Source: an uncultured bacterium (lineage in GTDB: Bacteria; Verrucomicrobiota; Verrucomicrobiia; Verrucomicrobiales; DEV007). From it: 64,000 nucleotides of DNA. Below the pieces are notes generated by a model. The model was not told where the DNA came from. It did not search any database and saw nothing but the letters and a program-made list of their open reading frames with translations. Location of the stretch: assembly GCA_963977015.1 (NCBI GenBank), contig CAXBMO010000009.1:181270-245269 (forward strand), written 5' to 3'. Positions 1-10,581 of this stretch are shown piece by piece (within the stretch, counting starts at the first letter, position 1; the number at the start of each line of letters is the position of its first letter). The translations under genes were made by a program, and so were the position numbers.

Positions 1-112
1 AGCTTCAGAATAACGAAGGCAGATGGTTGGAATTTAATCATCAGCAGATTTGGTGAACCAATCGCTAAAAACAGGTTTTCACCGCAAGGTGTTCGCGCTT
101 TGGTCCGGGATT

Positions 113-1474
113 ATGTGGAAAGGCCGTTTTGAAACTGAAACTTCTGATCTTGTTCAACAGCTGGGAGAATCGATCTCGTTCGATTGGCGACTCTATCGTC
201 ATGATGTCCGCGGATCGATCGCTCACTCCAAGGCATTGCTGAATGCTGGCATTCTAACCAGCGAGGAGCAAGCGGCCATTGAAAAGGGACTGCTGGAAAT
301 CTGCGACGAAATCGCGAAAGGCGATTTTGAGTTCAAGATCGAGCTTGAGGACGTTCACATGAATATTGAATCCGCATTGACCGCTCGAATCGGCGATGCC
401 GGGGCCAAGCTTCACACCGCGCGAAGCCGAAACGATCAAGTCGCGCTGGATTCACGCATGTATTGCCGGGATGAGGTCGCCGAAATCGGGAACCTGATCT
501 CCGGTCTCCAAACCGCCTTGCTCGATTGCGCCGAACGCTTCCCCAAAGCCGTCGTTCCGGGATACACCCACCTGCAACGCGGCCAACCCGTCCTCTTCGC
601 CCACCATTTGCTCGCCTACGTGGAGATGTTCAGCCGGGACGCCGATCGCCTTGCCGATGCACAAACCCGGATTGACGTCATGCCGCTCGGTTCCGGCGCG
701 TTGGCGGGTTCCACCATCGTCCTTGATCGAGAACTGGTCGCCAAAGAGCTCGGCTTCTCCAAGATCAGTCAAAACAGCATGGACGCCGTCAGCGACCGCG
801 ATTTCATCGCCGAAATTCTCTTCGACCTCAGCCTGCTCGGCCTTCACCTGTCCCGATTGAGCGAGGACATCGTGCTTTGGGCCAGCGCTGAGTTCGGATT
901 CGTCACCTTGAGCGACGCCCACACCACCGGTTCCAGTCTCATGCCGCAGAAGAAGAACCCGGACGTCGCGGAATTGACGCGCGGCAAGTCGGGACGGCTT
1001 GTCGGCAATCTCGTCAGCCTCATCACTACGCTGAAAGGTCTTCCCATGACCTACAATCGCGACCTTCAGGAGGACAAGGAACCGCTCTTCGACTCCATCG
1101 ACACCGCCAAACTCGTCCTCAAGGTTTTCACTGAAATGATCGCCGAAATGCGCATCAATGAGGAAACGACCCGCGAGGCGGCCAGCGACCCAATGCTCCT
1201 GGCAACGGACATTGCCGATTACCTGGTTCTCAAAGGCATTCCGTTTCGCCAGGCTCACGAAATCGTCGGGAAAGCCACCGCCCACTGCGTCAAGGAGAAG
1301 TGCGGTTTCCCGGATCTCACGCTCGACCAATTCCGGCAATTCAGCGACGCGTTCGATGATTCCGTGTTCGATCTCTTCAACGTCGAAAAGGCCCTGGCAG
1401 CCCGAAAAGGAATCGGTGCGCCATCCCCCGAAAACGTCGCCTTCCAGATCGAACGTTGGCGAAAAATTCTCTAA
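113..1474 (+). CDS. argH: Argininosuccinate lyase
   Basis: MWKGRF start (ATG 113; ORF track extends to 50), HTARSRNDQ, PGYTHLQ, GSSLMPQKKNPD signature, YNRDLQEDK. Confidence 0.97.
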   Translation: MWKGRFETETSDLVQQLGESISFDWRLYRHDVRGSIAHSKALLNAGILTSEEQAAIEKGLLEICDEIAKGDFEFKIELEDVHMNIESALTARIGDAGAKLHTARSRNDQVALDSRMYCRDEVAEIGNLISGLQTALLDCAERFPKAVVPGYTHLQRGQPVLFAHHLLAYVEMFSRDADRLADAQTRIDVMPLGSGALAGSTIVLDRELVAKELGFSKISQNSMDAVSDRDFIAEILFDLSLLGLHLSRLSEDIVLWASAEFGFVTLSDAHTTGSSLMPQKKNPDVAELTRGKSGRLVGNLVSLITTLKGLPMTYNRDLQEDKEPLFDSIDTAKLVLKVFTEMIAEMRINEETTREAASDPMLLATDIADYLVLKGIPFRQAHEIVGKATAHCVKEKCGFPDLTLDQFRQFSDAFDDSVFDLFNVEKALAARKGIGAPSPENVAFQIERWRKIL

Positions 1475-1501
1475 CGGCGGCAGCTCTCTCGAAACCGCAC
1501 C

Positions 1502-2173
1502 TCAACGGGTGATGACCGTCGCCCGAATCGGGGTTTTTGAGCGAGCTTTGCCATAGAGCCTTTCCATCGGAATATCCAACACCGGATACTGCTCCCACCC
1601 CACCGCATCAAAGTGCCACCATTCCGTCTTCATGATTTTGAACCCATGGCGAACCATGACGGATTGAAGCGTCTTTCGATTCTCGAGAACGCGGCCTTTG
1701 AGTTTGAGATACTGGGCGTGGGCTTGCGGCGTAAAGACGTCGTAGCCAGTCGGCATTTCGAGCTCCCTGCCCATGGCATCGACGAGTGTCAGATCAACCG
1801 CCGCGCCTCGATTGTGTCGTGAGCCTCTGGCCGGGTTCGCCACGAATTTGGGGTTCGGCATGACCTTCCACAACTCCCGCTGGACGGCGAGAGGCCGATA
1901 TCCGTCCCAGAGTTTCAACCCAAGTCCCTGGTCTTCCAGTTCAGCCTGAACATTGGCCAACCGTTCCGCGACCGGGCGAAGCAGGTAGGCCCGATGCTCC
2001 GGGTAAAATTGTCTGCCACAAAAGTTGTTGGCCGTCGCATACGGCAGTTCCACAATGATTCCGGGGATGAAGTCATTGATGCAAACCAAGTCTGCGGCCC
2101 GAGTTGCCGACGAAGACAGACTTACAATGCCAACGGTGAGCATCAGAATTCTCATGAGCGGAACCAACATCAT
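1502..2173 (-). CDS. ddpX: D-alanyl-D-alanine dipeptidase (M15D, VanX/DdpX family), exported
   Basis: YATANNF, WDGYRP, SRHNRGAAVD (SxHxxGxAxD), EWWHF motifs; N-terminal signal peptide; ATGA overlap with upstream kinase stop. Confidence 0.9.
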   Translation of the reverse strand: MMLVPLMRILMLTVGIVSLSSSATRAADLVCINDFIPGIIVELPYATANNFCGRQFYPEHRAYLLRPVAERLANVQAELEDQGLGLKLWDGYRPLAVQRELWKVMPNPKFVANPARGSRHNRGAAVDLTLVDAMGRELEMPTGYDVFTPQAHAQYLKLKGRVLENRKTLQSVMVRHGFKIMKTEWWHFDAVGWEQYPVLDIPMERLYGKARSKTPIRATVITR

Positions 2174-4590
2174 TTGGGACGCATCAAGATTTTACCACTG
2201 CTTTGAAGCCGCGTCGCCATCCATCCGACCAATTCGGCGTAAACCCAATGCTTCCCATCGACATACCGTTCACTCAGTTGCTTGACGTAGACGTAGTTGT
2301 TCACCTCAGCAATTTTGTCACTTCCCGTGTCCGTGCCTGCGCGCATGGAAAGCACCCCATCGCTTGACTGGACACTCCAGGTTCCGTTGCCGGTCGACTT
2401 CATGTAGGTGGTTTGGGTCCCCTCGGCCACCATCCACCCTCTCACTCGAACTTCGACCCACCGATTGTTTGCGGTTCGCCCGGTTGCGACCAGAGGAACC
2501 GAAAACTGTCGAAACGCGGCGCCCAGACTGGCCGCATCGCTGTCAGCGGCCGCCCTGACCGTGACACCTTCTTTTCCCGCATAGACCACCTCATAATTGG
2601 ACACGGCTGGACTTTGCTGAACCGGCGTTGGATTCTCCGGGAAGGAAATTTCCGCGTCTTCAATGCGGGCGGAAAGGATAAACCCGGCATCATCAGTTCG
2701 GCTCGACTTGATCTCAAAGTAATTGGTTCCGGTAATGATTTTGCGAGTTGCCCCATCAGAAACGTAGTAGCGGGCCTTCAAGGAAACGGAATATCGCTCG
2801 CTCCGAATCTCGCTCACATGGGGCTCACTCAGAATTTCATGCGTCCTTTGAGTCCACCTCGAATTGTACGCGTTCAGCTTCTCGGCAATTTCATCTCGAC
2901 CGAGATAACCGTAGTCAAAATAGCGCGCCCGGTTCGCAAAAAAGCGAAGCTGGTCCTGACCCGAATCACTGTCGCCGGCGCTCAAATAGGCGAGCGCATA
3001 GTTTTTGACCGCTTCGCTGTGATCTTCTTTGACGGGTTCGGTTTTCGGCTCATCCGGAGGCGGAGTTACGGGTTTGGCGACCGACGCCAATTCGTTGGCT
3101 ACGTCCATTCGAATTTTTCGAACCCGGTCGCTCAGTTTGGTCACGGACTTGGAGTGCTTCCTCATTTCGTCCGCCAATTGATTTGCTTCGGCATGAACTT
3201 CAGCCGAGGCGCCCTGGCGTTTGGAGATCGACAACAATTCGTCCATTCGGTCCATGTTGGCTGACGCTTGATTCGTCATTCTTTCCACTTCATCAACATT
3301 GCTTCTGGCCTGGCTACGAAGTGCCGTCAGCCTGCCCCCCGAAGCGGTGCTGGTTTCCTTGTTAATGGCAATCCAATAGCCGTCTGCCCGATCCCTTTCG
3401 CTGCGAATCGTGGCAAAGGTGGTCGAAACCGATTGTCGTAGATCCCTCATCGCCGTTGGCGAAGTGCTTCCCGGAACGAAGCCGGCGACGGGATCAACCT
3501 TTGGCGGGGGATCGGCAGCATAGGTGATGCGAGCGGTTGTGCTCTGCACGTCTCCGGGAGGATGGAAACGTTCCCAGGCCAACCATCCTCCTACTCCCAG
3601 AATGGCAATGGAGGCAAAAACGACCGCAAACAGAAGACCACTTCTCCGATTCGGTTGACGTCCGGTGGCCAATCGTTCTGTTCGCTTTTTGAGTGCGGTT
3701 CGTCGTTTCCGGGCATTCTCGAAACATTCCCGCCATTCCCCCACAGTTTGAGGGCGATGGGTTTCTTCGAAAGATAGGGCGACATCGACGCCGTCAACGA
3801 AACCGCTCGAAAAATCCCCCAGGTCCAAGTTCTGAAAGTTCAACGGATCGACCGCTTTTGTCCGGCCGGCAGCTTCCGGAGGAGCCTTGCCAACCATCGC
3901 CCGATACATGACCGCACCCAGCGAATAAATGTCCGTCCAGGGTCCCTGATTCCCGCTCTCATGATACTGCTCGAACGGGGCATAAGCAGGTGTCAGGACA
4001 GCGGTCATCGCCCGGGTCTTTCCGCCCACCGCCAGTCTCGCACTCCCAAAATCGATCAACACCGGACTGCCATCGCGCGTGATGATGATGTTCTCCGGCT
4101 TGATGTCGCGATGCAGATAGCCATTCTCATGCACAACTTCCAATCCTTCCATGAGCTTGCTGAGAATGGTCCAGAGTTCATCCTCCGAAGGAGTCCGGTC
4201 CAATTTTTCCAACCAGTCTCCCAAACTCTCACCGTCGAGGAAGTCCGTTACCATGTAGCCGGTGCCATTCGCCTGGAAAATTTCATGAACGCAGACAATG
4301 GACTCGTGGTCGCAGGCGGCAAGGATGCGCCCCTCCTCCATAAATCGCTGTAGCGCCCATTGAAAGGTATCAACATCAGCCTGGGTTTTCGGCGCCACCC
4401 TCACTCCATCGCGGGTGGCAAAATCAGACGGGAGCAACTCTTTGATTGCCACCTTTCTTTTGAGCTCCAGATCCTTAGCCTCGTAGGTGATGCCAAACCC
4501 TCCAAAGCCCAGAATTCGGCCCAACTTGTAATGACTCAATTGCGTTCCCTCAGCGAGGGCCAACCGATGCGATCTAGCGGTTTGACTCAT
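2170..4590 (-). CDS. Membrane Ser/Thr protein kinase with extracytoplasmic helical region and two C-terminal SH3b-like repeats
   Basis: LGFGGFGITY, VAIKE, HRDIKPEN, DFG, APFEQ; TM LLFAVVFASIAILGVGGWLAW; two repeats of V/LxxRA...W...GWM at the C-terminus. Confidence 0.9.
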   Translation of the reverse strand: MSQTARSHRLALAEGTQLSHYKLGRILGFGGFGITYEAKDLELKRKVAIKELLPSDFATRDGVRVAPKTQADVDTFQWALQRFMEEGRILAACDHESIVCVHEIFQANGTGYMVTDFLDGESLGDWLEKLDRTPSEDELWTILSKLMEGLEVVHENGYLHRDIKPENIIITRDGSPVLIDFGSARLAVGGKTRAMTAVLTPAYAPFEQYHESGNQGPWTDIYSLGAVMYRAMVGKAPPEAAGRTKAVDPLNFQNLDLGDFSSGFVDGVDVALSFEETHRPQTVGEWRECFENARKRRTALKKRTERLATGRQPNRRSGLLFAVVFASIAILGVGGWLAWERFHPPGDVQSTTARITYAADPPPKVDPVAGFVPGSTSPTAMRDLRQSVSTTFATIRSERDRADGYWIAINKETSTASGGRLTALRSQARSNVDEVERMTNQASANMDRMDELLSISKRQGASAEVHAEANQLADEMRKHSKSVTKLSDRVRKIRMDVANELASVAKPVTPPPDEPKTEPVKEDHSEAVKNYALAYLSAGDSDSGQDQLRFFANRARYFDYGYLGRDEIAEKLNAYNSRWTQRTHEILSEPHVSEIRSERYSVSLKARYYVSDGATRKIITGTNYFEIKSSRTDDAGFILSARIEDAEISFPENPTPVQQSPAVSNYEVVYAGKEGVTVRAAADSDAASLGAAFRQFSVPLVATGRTANNRWVEVRVRGWMVAEGTQTTYMKSTGNGTWSVQSSDGVLSMRAGTDTGSDKIAEVNNYVYVKQLSERYVDGKHWVYAELVGWMATRLQSSGKILMRPK

Positions 4591-4682
4591 GTTCTCCTGT
4601 ACCTTTCTCCCCTTGACGCTCTCAATTTTTGGCCCTGAAAGTCAAGCACGAAGTCAGCCTCGCAACAGGGTCGCATTCTACG

Positions 4683-4710
4683 GGTCAAAAACCCAGAATT
4701 TGGTTTGACC
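4683..4710. promoter_or_regulatory. Inverted repeat in divergent promoter region (candidate operator)
   Basis: GGTCAAA-N14-TTTGACC between the divergent genes starting at 4590(-) and 4770(+). Confidence 0.3.
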
Positions 4711-4769
4711 AGGAGAACCCAACTAGGCTAGCAATAGGCCAATGATGATAAAAGGAGGGGCGAACATTC

Positions 4770-6230
4770 TTGGTTAATTCACCGCTAGCGACCAGACGCA
4801 CGAACGTTGCGTTCAGAAGGTTGGGATTTCTTCTGCTTTTTATCGGGATGGTTGCTCTGGGGTGGGCACGGTTCGATTTCCGACAAATAAAGGATGGAGT
4901 GGTCCGAATTGTCGTGTTGAGTGAGGAAGCGGAAACGACGGGCAAGGGAATGATTTCGCTAGGTTCCGGATTCGTCATTTCCTCCCAAGGTCATATCGTT
5001 ACAAATCAGCATATGATCGATAAACCGGGTAGGATTCTTGCGGTTCAACTTCGGGACAACAAAGTCAAAGTCTGGAGAGTCGGCGCCGTGGTGTATGAAA
5101 GCCGGGAAAAGGACTTGGCAGTCCTGCTGGTCCCCGAGCTCGGGGGCCTTCCAATCCGCCTTGCCAAGAACGATCCTTACCCTGGCGACGAAGTGATTAC
5201 GATCGGATTCCCTGGCATGGCCGATGCCCAACAGGAAAAGGATTTTTTCGTCAATGCGTTGCTGGAATCCGGGTTCCGCGACTTGCCACTGAAAGACGGT
5301 TACGTGAATTTCGTCCGGCCCTCCGTGATCCGCGGAAATGTGGAGGATGTCAGGATTCAATCAAATTGGGGACGCGACAACAATGCCCGGTGCACGATCA
5401 TTCGGCATAACGCACCCACAGCCAGTGGAAATAGCGGAGGCGCTCTGGTCAACGATTCCAACGAAATTGTCGGAGTGCATACCGCCAGCGATGCCGAGGC
5501 ACGTGATGACAAAACCAAGGCCTCACAGGGCAAAAAAGTCGGCCTGGGCCTCGCCGTCAGCGAACTGATCGAAGTCCTGGAATCCGTAGGCATTCCCTAC
5601 AACGAAATTCCTGCCAAGACGACCGGTGAAGTCGAACCAGGAAATTCCCGCTCGGAAACCTCCACAGCTGAAGAGGCGGCTCCCACTTGGGCCAAAGCAT
5701 TGCCCTTTGTAATGATCGGTTTGGCCGTGGTATTGGTTATTCCCGCGCTCAAGTTGCTGTTGGGAGATCGGACCTCAACAAAGACCGCACGCAGAAAGCC
5801 TCATCAACGAATCGCGGGCGAGTTCCCTTCTGCCCCGGCTTCAGAGAAGGGAGCCACGGTCGGAAACCAGAGGTCCAACCACCAATCCAACGGAAGATTA
5901 CTCGGCTCGTTATCGGGCACGGACGAGCAAGGAAAACGCTACTTTTTTCAACTTTCTGCTTCCGATTTTCAGGGAAGGGGCGATAGCTTGAAAGTCGGCA
6001 GGACAGGCAATCACGTCGAGATAGCTATCCCACATCCCAGCATTTCTCGAGTGCATGCATCCCTCCGTTATTCCCCTGACAATAATGAAATTGCACTACG
6101 TGATGAAAACTCTGCAAATGGTTGCAGAATCAACGGCAAAAAGTTGACGGCTAAGGACGGTTTTCAGCCAATCGGAGGCGGTGATTGTCTCCAGTTGGGA
6201 ACTGTGAAACTGGTTTACCAGCCCGAATAA
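4770..6230 (+). CDS. Trypsin-like serine protease - TM - FHA domain protein
   Basis: N-terminal hydrophobic segment; GSGF, VTNQH (His), KDLAVL (Asp), GNSGG (Ser); TM ALPFVMIGLAVVLVIPAL; FHA motifs VGR, SISRVH, SANG. TTG start preceded by AGGAGG. Confidence 0.88.
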   Translation: MVNSPLATRRTNVAFRRLGFLLLFIGMVALGWARFDFRQIKDGVVRIVVLSEEAETTGKGMISLGSGFVISSQGHIVTNQHMIDKPGRILAVQLRDNKVKVWRVGAVVYESREKDLAVLLVPELGGLPIRLAKNDPYPGDEVITIGFPGMADAQQEKDFFVNALLESGFRDLPLKDGYVNFVRPSVIRGNVEDVRIQSNWGRDNNARCTIIRHNAPTASGNSGGALVNDSNEIVGVHTASDAEARDDKTKASQGKKVGLGLAVSELIEVLESVGIPYNEIPAKTTGEVEPGNSRSETSTAEEAAPTWAKALPFVMIGLAVVLVIPALKLLLGDRTSTKTARRKPHQRIAGEFPSAPASEKGATVGNQRSNHQSNGRLLGSLSGTDEQGKRYFFQLSASDFQGRGDSLKVGRTGNHVEIAIPHPSISRVHASLRYSPDNNEIALRDENSANGCRINGKKLTAKDGFQPIGGGDCLQLGTVKLVYQPE

Positions 6231-6249
6231 CGACTCAAGTTTTCAATAA

Positions 6250-8046
6250 ATGGCATTAGAAAACCGACAGGCACTTATTCCAGGCACCATCTTGGGCGAA
6301 AAATACGAAATTCTTTCGTTACTCGGAAGCGGGGGATTCGGAATCACCTATCTCGCCATCGACAATACGCTCAATCGCAAAGTCGCGATCAAGGAGTTGA
6401 TGCCAGGCGAGTTTGCGATGCGGGATTGGGACTCCGAGGAGATCGTCGCAAAAACGCTGTCAGAGGAAACCTCACTCCAGTGGGCCAAGGATCGCTTCAT
6501 TGAGGAAGCACGGGTACTCGCCCAATTTGATCATCCTAACATCATTCATATCCACGACTATTTCATCTCGAGAAACACCGCCTACATGGTGACTTCTTAT
6601 GAAGAGGGAGCTGATCTCAATACGTTTTTAAAGGAGAAAGGGCTCTTTCATCAGGAAGACATCAACACTTACATTCTCCCGATCCTCAATGGACTGCAGC
6701 TGGTCCACGAAAGCGGATTTCTGCACCGCGACATCAAGCCCGACAATATCTACATCAATCACAAGGGCATCCCCATTCTTCTCGACTTTGGAGCGGCCCG
6801 CCAAGCCATTGGCAACAAAACCCGGGACATGACGGCGATCGTCACGCCCCGATTCGCGCCGTTGGAGCAATACTCCAGCGATGGGAATATGGGGCCGTGG
6901 TCAGATATCTATTCCCTCGCCGCCGTCATCCACAAAGTCATCACTGGCGATGCCCCACCTGACGCGACGACCCGGATTCGGTCCGATACCTACGAACCGT
7001 TGGCGGAAAAGCGCATCAAGGGCTTTGATCACGCGTTCTTGACCTGTGTTGACTGGGCCTTGGAACAGTCCGAGGAACGGCGACCGCAAACCATTGCTCA
7101 ATGGGTCGACCACTTCACGGTTTCGGGAGGCGCTCCACCAATCCCCACCGATCACTTTTCAGAAACCGTGGTGGCCGGAGGCAGTCGCGCCCCGTCGAGG
7201 CCTGTGAGAAGATCCACAGAAGAAACGGTCTTGACTCAACCTCGCCCCTCTTCAGCGGTTTCCGAACCCAGGAAATCACGCACAGGTCTCATCGCCGCCT
7301 TGTTTCTGGGATCAGCACTGTTTCTCGGCTTGGGAGGATTTGTGGCGCTGCGCCAATATTCCCCCGATCTCATCGCGTTCTTCGATAGCAGCGAATCCGA
7401 CAATGATTCATCCGGTCCCATTGACGACGGTACAGGCGGAAATGACACTGGGGCTCCACCACCCAACCCAATTCCCGAGGACGACAGCAAGCCCGACGTT
7501 TCCGAGGAAGAACCGGACAAGCAAACCGAATCCCCGATCATCCTCCCACCGACTCCTCCAAAACCGCCGGACGAGACCAAGCCTCCGGTAGAATCAGTTT
7601 CACTCGATGAGTTGGTCGACTACGTGACCGCTGTGGACCGCCGACTGTGGGATGCCTGGTATGCGGACCGAATCATTCGAGCGTCGATCCAACCGCAGAT
7701 GAACCTTCGTGATCCGGATATGAGCGAAGCGGAATTTCGGGCCAACCAGACCAAACTCCAGGAAGCCTTCACCGCCCGAAACAATCAGGTCATCCAGTAC
7801 TGCGAGGACGTTCGCCTCGACGTCGCGAAGCTGATGAAATACGAAGAGTCGCAAGTGGATCAGGCCTTTGCCGCCAGACTCAGCCAAATCCAGCAAACCG
7901 GAGTTGAGCGCAAGGTTAATACGGAAGTTCAACAGAAACTTCTTGGAATCGCAAAGTCCATTTATAAGGATGAAAAGGCGGGTTTGATCGTGAACGCAAA
8001 CGCCATCAGGGAACGAATCAAAGGCCTTTCTGCATTGCAGAAATAA
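6250..8046 (+). CDS. Membrane Ser/Thr protein kinase with C-terminal extracytoplasmic helical domain
   Basis: LGSGGFGITY, VAIKE, HRDIKPDN, DFG, APLEQ; TM LIAALFLGSALFLGLGGFVAL; Pro/acidic linker. Confidence 0.92.
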   Translation: MALENRQALIPGTILGEKYEILSLLGSGGFGITYLAIDNTLNRKVAIKELMPGEFAMRDWDSEEIVAKTLSEETSLQWAKDRFIEEARVLAQFDHPNIIHIHDYFISRNTAYMVTSYEEGADLNTFLKEKGLFHQEDINTYILPILNGLQLVHESGFLHRDIKPDNIYINHKGIPILLDFGAARQAIGNKTRDMTAIVTPRFAPLEQYSSDGNMGPWSDIYSLAAVIHKVITGDAPPDATTRIRSDTYEPLAEKRIKGFDHAFLTCVDWALEQSEERRPQTIAQWVDHFTVSGGAPPIPTDHFSETVVAGGSRAPSRPVRRSTEETVLTQPRPSSAVSEPRKSRTGLIAALFLGSALFLGLGGFVALRQYSPDLIAFFDSSESDNDSSGPIDDGTGGNDTGAPPPNPIPEDDSKPDVSEEEPDKQTESPIILPPTPPKPPDETKPPVESVSLDELVDYVTAVDRRLWDAWYADRIIRASIQPQMNLRDPDMSEAEFRANQTKLQEAFTARNNQVIQYCEDVRLDVAKLMKYEESQVDQAFAARLSQIQQTGVERKVNTEVQQKLLGIAKSIYKDEKAGLIVNANAIRERIKGLSALQK

Positions 8047-8101
8047 TGGACGACTTTTCTCAACAACTCTCCAACCAACAAAACACACACACAAAAACAC
8101 A

Positions 8102-8737
8102 ATGAAAATACGAATTGTAGCCCTGGCTCTGATTCCCGCACTGTTCCTATCCAGTTGCCAAACGACGAACATCGCAGAGACCCCGGATGAACTGAAAACG
8201 ATGCGCCAAGCCAAAATCACATGGGCTGGAGCCGGAGCGATTTCAGGAGCAGCCGTGGGTGCAGGCATCGCGGCATTGAGTGGCGGAAGCTCGACGGCGA
8301 TTCGTAATGCCGCAATTGGGGGCGGTATTGCAGGACTGGTGGCAGGACATCAAGTTGGAACACAGAAAGGCACGCAAACGGTAGAGAAAAAGCGGAGCTA
8401 CACGGCAACCGAAGATTACCTGGCTGGCCAAATCAGCAATGCGCAGAAGTTCAACTCCGCCTTGGTTTCCTATAACAGCAAGTTGAGGGGCCAAATCGCC
8501 TCTGCTAAGTCAAGTCCCGACGGTGCTGCGATTCGCGGTCAGATCAAAACCGCAAACGCCGTGCTGAAAGAGGTTGACTCGGAAATGACCACACGGACCA
8601 AGCTTTTGGAAAATGCGGAAAGTGGTCCATCCAAAAACACGCTTACCCAGAAGAAGAACAGCCTGGCTCAACAAAAGAAGCAGCTGGAAAACAGCATTGC
8701 TGAGCTCGAGGAATTGGAGAAAATCTCCAAGGTATAA
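8102..8737 (+). CDS. Glycine-zipper lipoprotein with C-terminal coiled coil
   Basis: Lipobox LSSC; GAGAISGAAVGAGIAAL and AAIGGGIAGLVAG glycine zippers; helical tail; C/A-rich unstructured leader 8060-8101. Confidence 0.8.
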   Translation: MKIRIVALALIPALFLSSCQTTNIAETPDELKTMRQAKITWAGAGAISGAAVGAGIAALSGGSSTAIRNAAIGGGIAGLVAGHQVGTQKGTQTVEKKRSYTATEDYLAGQISNAQKFNSALVSYNSKLRGQIASAKSSPDGAAIRGQIKTANAVLKEVDSEMTTRTKLLENAESGPSKNTLTQKKNSLAQQKKQLENSIAELEELEKISKV

Positions 8738-8770
8738 CCTTCGAGGAGTAGGACGACAACGAACCACCCT

Positions 8771-9157
8771 ATGAATTGGATTTATCATACTCTAAGAGTT
8801 ACAGGCATCGCTGGTGTGTTGATCTTCGGCACCGCATGTGAGACAACCGGCGATCCAAGAGCAGGCGGCTACTGGAACTGGAGCGAGACCAAGGCAATTC
8901 AACGCCAGGACGATCTCCGCGGCACCCTTGGTTCGCTCAACAGGGAGAACAGCCGTTTGCAAAGTGAACAGGCCAGCCTCAAAGCCCAATTGCGGAGCAA
9001 ACAGTCGCAATTGAGTTCCTTGCAGCAGCAGAAAAAACGCGCTCAGCAGGAGTCAAAACCGGATCTCGTGGCCGCAACCACCAAAGAAATCAACCAACTC
9101 CAAGGTGATATCTCCTCGTTGGAAGCGGATCTTCGCCGGATTGAAAGCCGCATGTAG
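8771..9157 (+). CDS. Small coiled-coil lipoprotein
   Basis: Signal peptide ending GTAC, then ETTGDPRAGG and a Gln/Leu heptad coiled coil. Confidence 0.75.
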   Translation: MNWIYHTLRVTGIAGVLIFGTACETTGDPRAGGYWNWSETKAIQRQDDLRGTLGSLNRENSRLQSEQASLKAQLRSKQSQLSSLQQQKKRAQQESKPDLVAATTKEINQLQGDISSLEADLRRIESRM

Positions 9158-9184
9158 TCATGGAGTAGCGATCACGAATATCTT

Positions 9185-9224
9185 CCCCGCCTTCTCTCGC
9201 CACGCCAGAGAAGGCGGGGTTCTT
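9185..9224 (+). terminator. Strong hairpin (intrinsic terminator or mRNA-stabilising stem)
   Basis: Perfect 13-bp stem CCCCGCCTTCTCT / AGAGAAGGCGGGG, 9-nt loop, followed by TTCTT, just after the lipoprotein stop. Confidence 0.65.
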
Positions 9225-9297
9225 GGTGGCAGGCTTGGGAAATAACATGATAACTTTTCACAAAACACCGTGGAGGCGAACGCTACTACCGGGCTGA

Positions 9298-10581
9298 TTG
9301 ATGAGTTGGTTAGGCACAGATTATAGTCACATTGGCACAAGGGACGAACAACAGGACGCCCTCGTTGTTCTCAGCAATGAAACCAAGGACCAAGTCTTTG
9401 CCGTGCTGGCCGATGGCGCAGGCGGTCACAGTGGGGGGAGATTGGCATCGGAAGCGATCGTCGCCGTCGCGACCAAACGGTGGGAAACCGCCGCTGGAGA
9501 AATACCCGACCCCGAAACGTTTTTACTCGACTTTTTTGCCCACGCCCAAGCCCGAATTACGGCGACCGGAAAAAAGGCAGGCATCGAACCGCGGGCAACC
9601 GTCGTGGCAGTCTATGCCAACGGGAAAAGAGCAGTTTGGGGGCACTCGGGAGATTCTCGACTCTACCTGTTTCGGAAAGGTCAATTGGTCAAGCGAACCA
9701 AAGATCATTCCGTGGTGCAGATCCTCGTCGATCAGGGAAAGGTTCGTGAAGAGGAAATGGGAACTCACCCCGACCAAGGTCGACTGCTTCAGTCGCTGGG
9801 AGGTTCCGACTATCAAGTACCAGATATTGGGAGCGCAAATATTCAGGGTGATGAAGTGATTGTTCTCTGTTCTGACGGCTTCTGGGAACACCTGCCAAAA
9901 GAAGCCATTGCCCAACTCTCCGTTCCCGGAAAATTAAAGCCTCCCAAACTGATTAAGAAGCTCGCTCACGCGGCCGTCAGTCGAGCCGGCCAGAAAGCCG
10001 ACAATACAAGTGCGCTGGCGATCTACAACATTGCCGCCAATCGGCCGGCCTTTTTCATGGGAGGAATCCATTGGGCTGCAGTTGCCTTGTTCTGCCTGTT
10101 GGCGGGAATGGTGACCTATCTTGTAATGTATCTGATCAAGCCTGACAGCTCTCCAGGCAACCAACCTCCCGATGCTCCAGTCCAAAACGTTGCATCCCAA
10201 GTGGTTTCCGGCGGCCCCAAAACTTCTCCAGCTGATCAAGCCCCCATTCCGAACGAAAGCGAAGATATCCGCGAGGCTGGTGAAAATCCCCTTCCAAAGG
10301 CACTGGATCCAACAACAGGAAAGCCAAAAGTAAGGATTATCCCCAATATTATCCAGCCGGCTCCAGATGCCCCCACAGCTATCGTGGAGCCTGCCTCCCC
10401 AGTTGAAGAGGTGCCTGTCGAACCCACGCCCCCGCCCACCTCTCCTACAGATCAGCCAACGACGCCAGAGAACACCGGCGAGGTTCCTCCCATGTCGCCG
10501 GACTCACCACCGGCAGACGAGGAAAAGGGCATTATTCGCAAAGGATTCGAAAAGTTAAATCCGATTAAGAGAGACAAATGA
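9298..10581 (+). CDS. PP2C/PPM-family Ser/Thr phosphatase with TM and Pro-rich tail
   Basis: [31 protein letters not shown] motifs; [24 protein letters not shown]. Confidence 0.9.
   Translation: MMSWLGTDYSHIGTRDEQQDALVVLSNETKDQVFAVLADGAGGHSGGRLASEAIVAVATKRWETAAGEIPDPETFLLDFFAHAQARITATGKKAGIEPRATVVAVYANGKRAVWGHSGDSRLYLFRKGQLVKRTKDHSVVQILVDQGKVREEEMGTHPDQGRLLQSLGGSDYQVPDIGSANIQGDEVIVLCSDGFWEHLPKEAIAQLSVPGKLKPPKLIKKLAHAAVSRAGQKADNTSALAIYNIAANRPAFFMGGIHWAAVALFCLLAGMVTYLVMYLIKPDSSPGNQPPDAPVQNVASQVVSGGPKTSPADQAPIPNESEDIREAGENPLPKALDPTTGKPKVRIIPNIIQPAPDAPTAIVEPASPVEEVPVEPTPPPTSPTDQPTTPENTGEVPPMSPDSPPADEEKGIIRKGFEKLNPIKRDK

Noticed and set aside
1502-2173. Vancomycin resistance cluster
   Set aside because: Only a VanX-family peptidase is present; there is no D-Ala-D-Lac ligase, dehydrogenase or two-component regulator.
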